A program made the position numbers and the translations under genes. A stretch of 61,201 bases of DNA, counting the filler. It is 4 parts of 4 records of this genome, joined end to end, with 100 filler letters (N's around TTAATTAATTAA, not from the genome) between each part and the next. Parts side by side here need not be neighbours in the genome. Positions count along the whole stretch, not along the records: positions 50,783 to 61,201 come from SRR31156797_5940; 3 more parts are not named here. One strand, 5' to 3'. Below the pieces are notes generated by a model. It worked only from the letters and a program-made list of their open reading frames with translations, ran no database searches and was not told the origin of the DNA. Every line of letters begins with the position of its first letter. The first letter of the stretch is position 1. This document shows, piece after piece, positions 59,618 to 61,201 of this stretch.

Positions 59618-59934
59618 ATCTTTTCCTTACGCTTTTCTTCTATTAAAGCGGCTTTCCAAACCGAATGATTAACCAAACCCAGATTTGCAAACATATCTGC
59701 GATGCTGGATCCGATAAATGTCTTTCTCGGTGACCCGTCATCATCATTGCGGACCAGGTGAATGGAATAGTCCAATTCCAGTTCACGGTTCACATAGAGC
59801 TTGGCACAAATTTTTTTGCCGGTTTCCGGGCATCGGCCGGACCAGACATGCTCAATTATTTCCCGGACCATTTTTTTGTTATCCGGGCTGAACAGTCTTA
59901 CACTGATTATTTCAACCCATTTATTCTTCGTCAT
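59614..59934 (-). CDS. Hypothetical protein, first gene of the RND operon
   Basis: GGAG RBS and ATGA overlap with the TolC-like gene. Confidence 0.7.
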   Translation of the reverse strand: MTKNKWVEIISVRLFSPDNKKMVREIIEHVWSGRCPETGKKICAKLYVNRELELDYSIHLVRNDDDGSPRKTFIGSSIADMFANLGLVNHSVWKAALIEEKRKEKI

Positions 59935-59977
59935 TTGATATACTCCGTTTTCAATTTTAATGAACAGTGGTGGGAAT

Positions 59978-59994
59978 AGCTAAAATCGTGCCAG
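59978..59994 (-). promoter_or_regulatory. Sigma-54 (-24/-12) promoter of the RND operon
   Basis: Minus strand CTGGCACGATTTTAGCT: GG-N10-GC spacing with TGGCAC, divergent from a sigma-54 activator. Confidence 0.85.
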
Positions 59995-60045
59995 AATTAA
60001 AAAGGCTTTAAAAACAGGTGGTTTTAACCTCGAGGATTGACAAAC

Positions 60046-60110
60046 TCCCGAATTCGGGATAATTATATCCCATATAAGGGATATAATTGAAGTTTCACCA
60101 TATACGGGAT
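60046..60110. promoter_or_regulatory. Palindromic upstream activator sites (TCCC-N6-GGGA)
   Basis: TCCCGAATTCGGGA (60046-60059), AATTATATCCC-ATATAA-GGGATATAATT (60061-60088) and a degenerate CACC-ATATAC-GGGA (60096-60109). Confidence 0.7.
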
Positions 60111-60115
60111 AAATC

Positions 60116-61201
60116 ATGGCAACAAGCAATGCCGAAGAAAATATGGCTTATTTTCACCAGGCCACAAAACGAATATGCAGCAGCCTTGATATACATATTA
60201 TCCTGGATGGCTGCCTGGATTTTTTCAAGGGGTTAATGCCCCTGGAAAGCATTGCCATGAATGTGTATGATCCAGGTCTTCAACGTGTTCGAACCATTGC
60301 AACAACAGGCCCGGCAAAATTCAAAAAAGAGATTGTGTTTCCATCGGAAGCCATTGAAATTATAGACAATGAATCCCACGGCACTGTAGAGATTTTTAAT
60401 CGTCCGGAAAAGGACTTTCTTGGGCGTTTTGTCTGGCAGGCCATGGGAAGGATCAAAATGTCGGCCATGGTATTGAAATTGGGCATTGACGGAGAAAAAT
60501 TGGGAGTCGTGGTTTTTTACACATCGTGGAATGACCAATATACCCAGATCCATGCCCGGCTGCTGGAAATGGTTCACGATTCCTTTGTCATGGCCCTGTC
60601 AAATACTCTCAAACACCAGGAGGTCCTCCGGCTGAAAAATCTGCTGGAAGATGACAACCAATACCTTAACCGGCAGCTCCATCATATGTCCGGCGACGAG
60701 ATCATCGGCCGGGACTTCGGGCTGAAATACGTCATGGAGATGGTCAGGCAGATTGCCCCCCAGAAAAGCCAGGTATTGCTTTTAGGGGAAACCGGGACAG
60801 GCAAGGAGGTCATTGCCAATGCCATCCATTATTCTTCTCCCAGAGCAACCCGCCCTTTCATCAAGGTCAATTGCGGGGCTATACCGGACAATCTCATTGA
60901 CAGCGAGTTGTTCGGACATGAAAAAGGGGCGTTCACCGGCGCCCTGACTCAAAAGAGAGGGCGTTTTGAACGGGCCCACAGCGGCACCTTGTTTTTGGAT
61001 GAAATCGGGGAGCTGCCGCTGCCGGTCCAGGCCCGGCTGCTCAGGGTGCTCCAGAACAAAGAAATAGAACGGGTGGGGGGGGCAGGGCCCATTCCCGTGG
61101 ATATCCGGATCATCGCCGCCACCCATAGGAATCTGCCCAAACTGGTCCGGGAAGGAAAATTTAGGGAAGACCTCTGGTTCAGGCTCAATGTCTTTCCCAT
61201 C
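60116..61201 (+). CDS. Sigma-54-dependent transcriptional activator (GAF-like + AAA+), runs off window end
   Basis: Not in the ORF track because it has no stop. Manual translation gives MATSNAEENMAYFHQATKRICSSLDI..., GETGTGKE, VNCGAIP, ELFGHEKGAFTGA, LFLDEIGEL and FREDLWFRLNVFP. Confidence 0.93.
   Translation, partial: MATSNAEENMAYFHQATKRICSSLDIHIILDGCLDFFKGLMPLESIAMNVYDPGLQRVRTIATTGPAKFKKEIVFPSEAIEIIDNESHGTVEIFNRPEKDFLGRFVWQAMGRIKMSAMVLKLGIDGEKLGVVVFYTSWNDQYTQIHARLLEMVHDSFVMALSNTLKHQEVLRLKNLLEDDNQYLNRQLHHMSGDEIIGRDFGLKYVMEMVRQIAPQKSQVLLLGETGTGKEVIANAIHYSSPRATRPFIKVNCGAIPDNLIDSELFGHEKGAFTGALTQKRGRFERAHSGTLFLDEIGELPLPVQARLLRVLQNKEIERVGGAGPIPVDIRIIAATHRNLPKLVREGKFREDLWFRLNVFPI

Noticed and set aside
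60233-61200. Short minus-strand ORFs in the track
   Set aside because: They are antisense to the unterminated plus-strand sigma-54 activator gene.
1-61201. CRISPR arrays, rRNA, tRNA, transposases or integrases
   Set aside because: No regularly spaced direct repeats, RNA gene signatures or recombinase/transposase ORFs were recognised.

Overview
The window is four unrelated contigs joined by artificial 100-bp linkers (N44-TTAATTAATTAA-N44 at 20626-20725, 35507-35606 and 50683-50782), so synteny across linkers means nothing. All four look like sulfate-reducing Desulfobacterota. Contig A (1-20625, Desulfovibrio/Maridesulfovibrio-like) carries housekeeping and accessory genes: ppiC fragment, pepA, a LivJ-type binding protein, a STAS-fusion protein, an Fe-S protein, a REC-HD-GYP protein, cyclophilin, a DPM1-like GT2 paired with a TMTC-like GT-C/TPR protein, DDAH, cbiQO and tex. 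Contig B (20726-35506) has transketolase, a DUF362-AOR-MoaD cluster, and a 1468-aa membrane sensor (4 periplasmic binding domains, 3 PAS, no output domain) directly ahead of a complete rsbR-S-T-X stressosome operon that ends in an RsbT-like/histidine-kinase fusion. Contig C (35607-50682) has a periplasmic operon of flavocytochrome-type reductase, secreted MIO-less aromatic-amino-acid-lyase homolog, tetraheme cytochrome and heptaheme-c/cytochrome-b fusion. This is followed by gene scars, gltX and the rpmF-acpP-rpiB-glyA-nrdR-rib-nusB block. Contig D (50783-61201) has an AEP-primase/SF2-helicase fusion and a sigma-54-driven RND operon with an unusual binding-protein-TolC fusion and a divergent enhancer-binding regulator. 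The best candidates for undescribed systems are (1) the lyase-coupled periplasmic respiration module, possibly acting on ergothioneine or a related histidine betaine, and (2) the output-less receptor linked to a stressosome and kinase. No rRNA, tRNA or CRISPR array was recognised.
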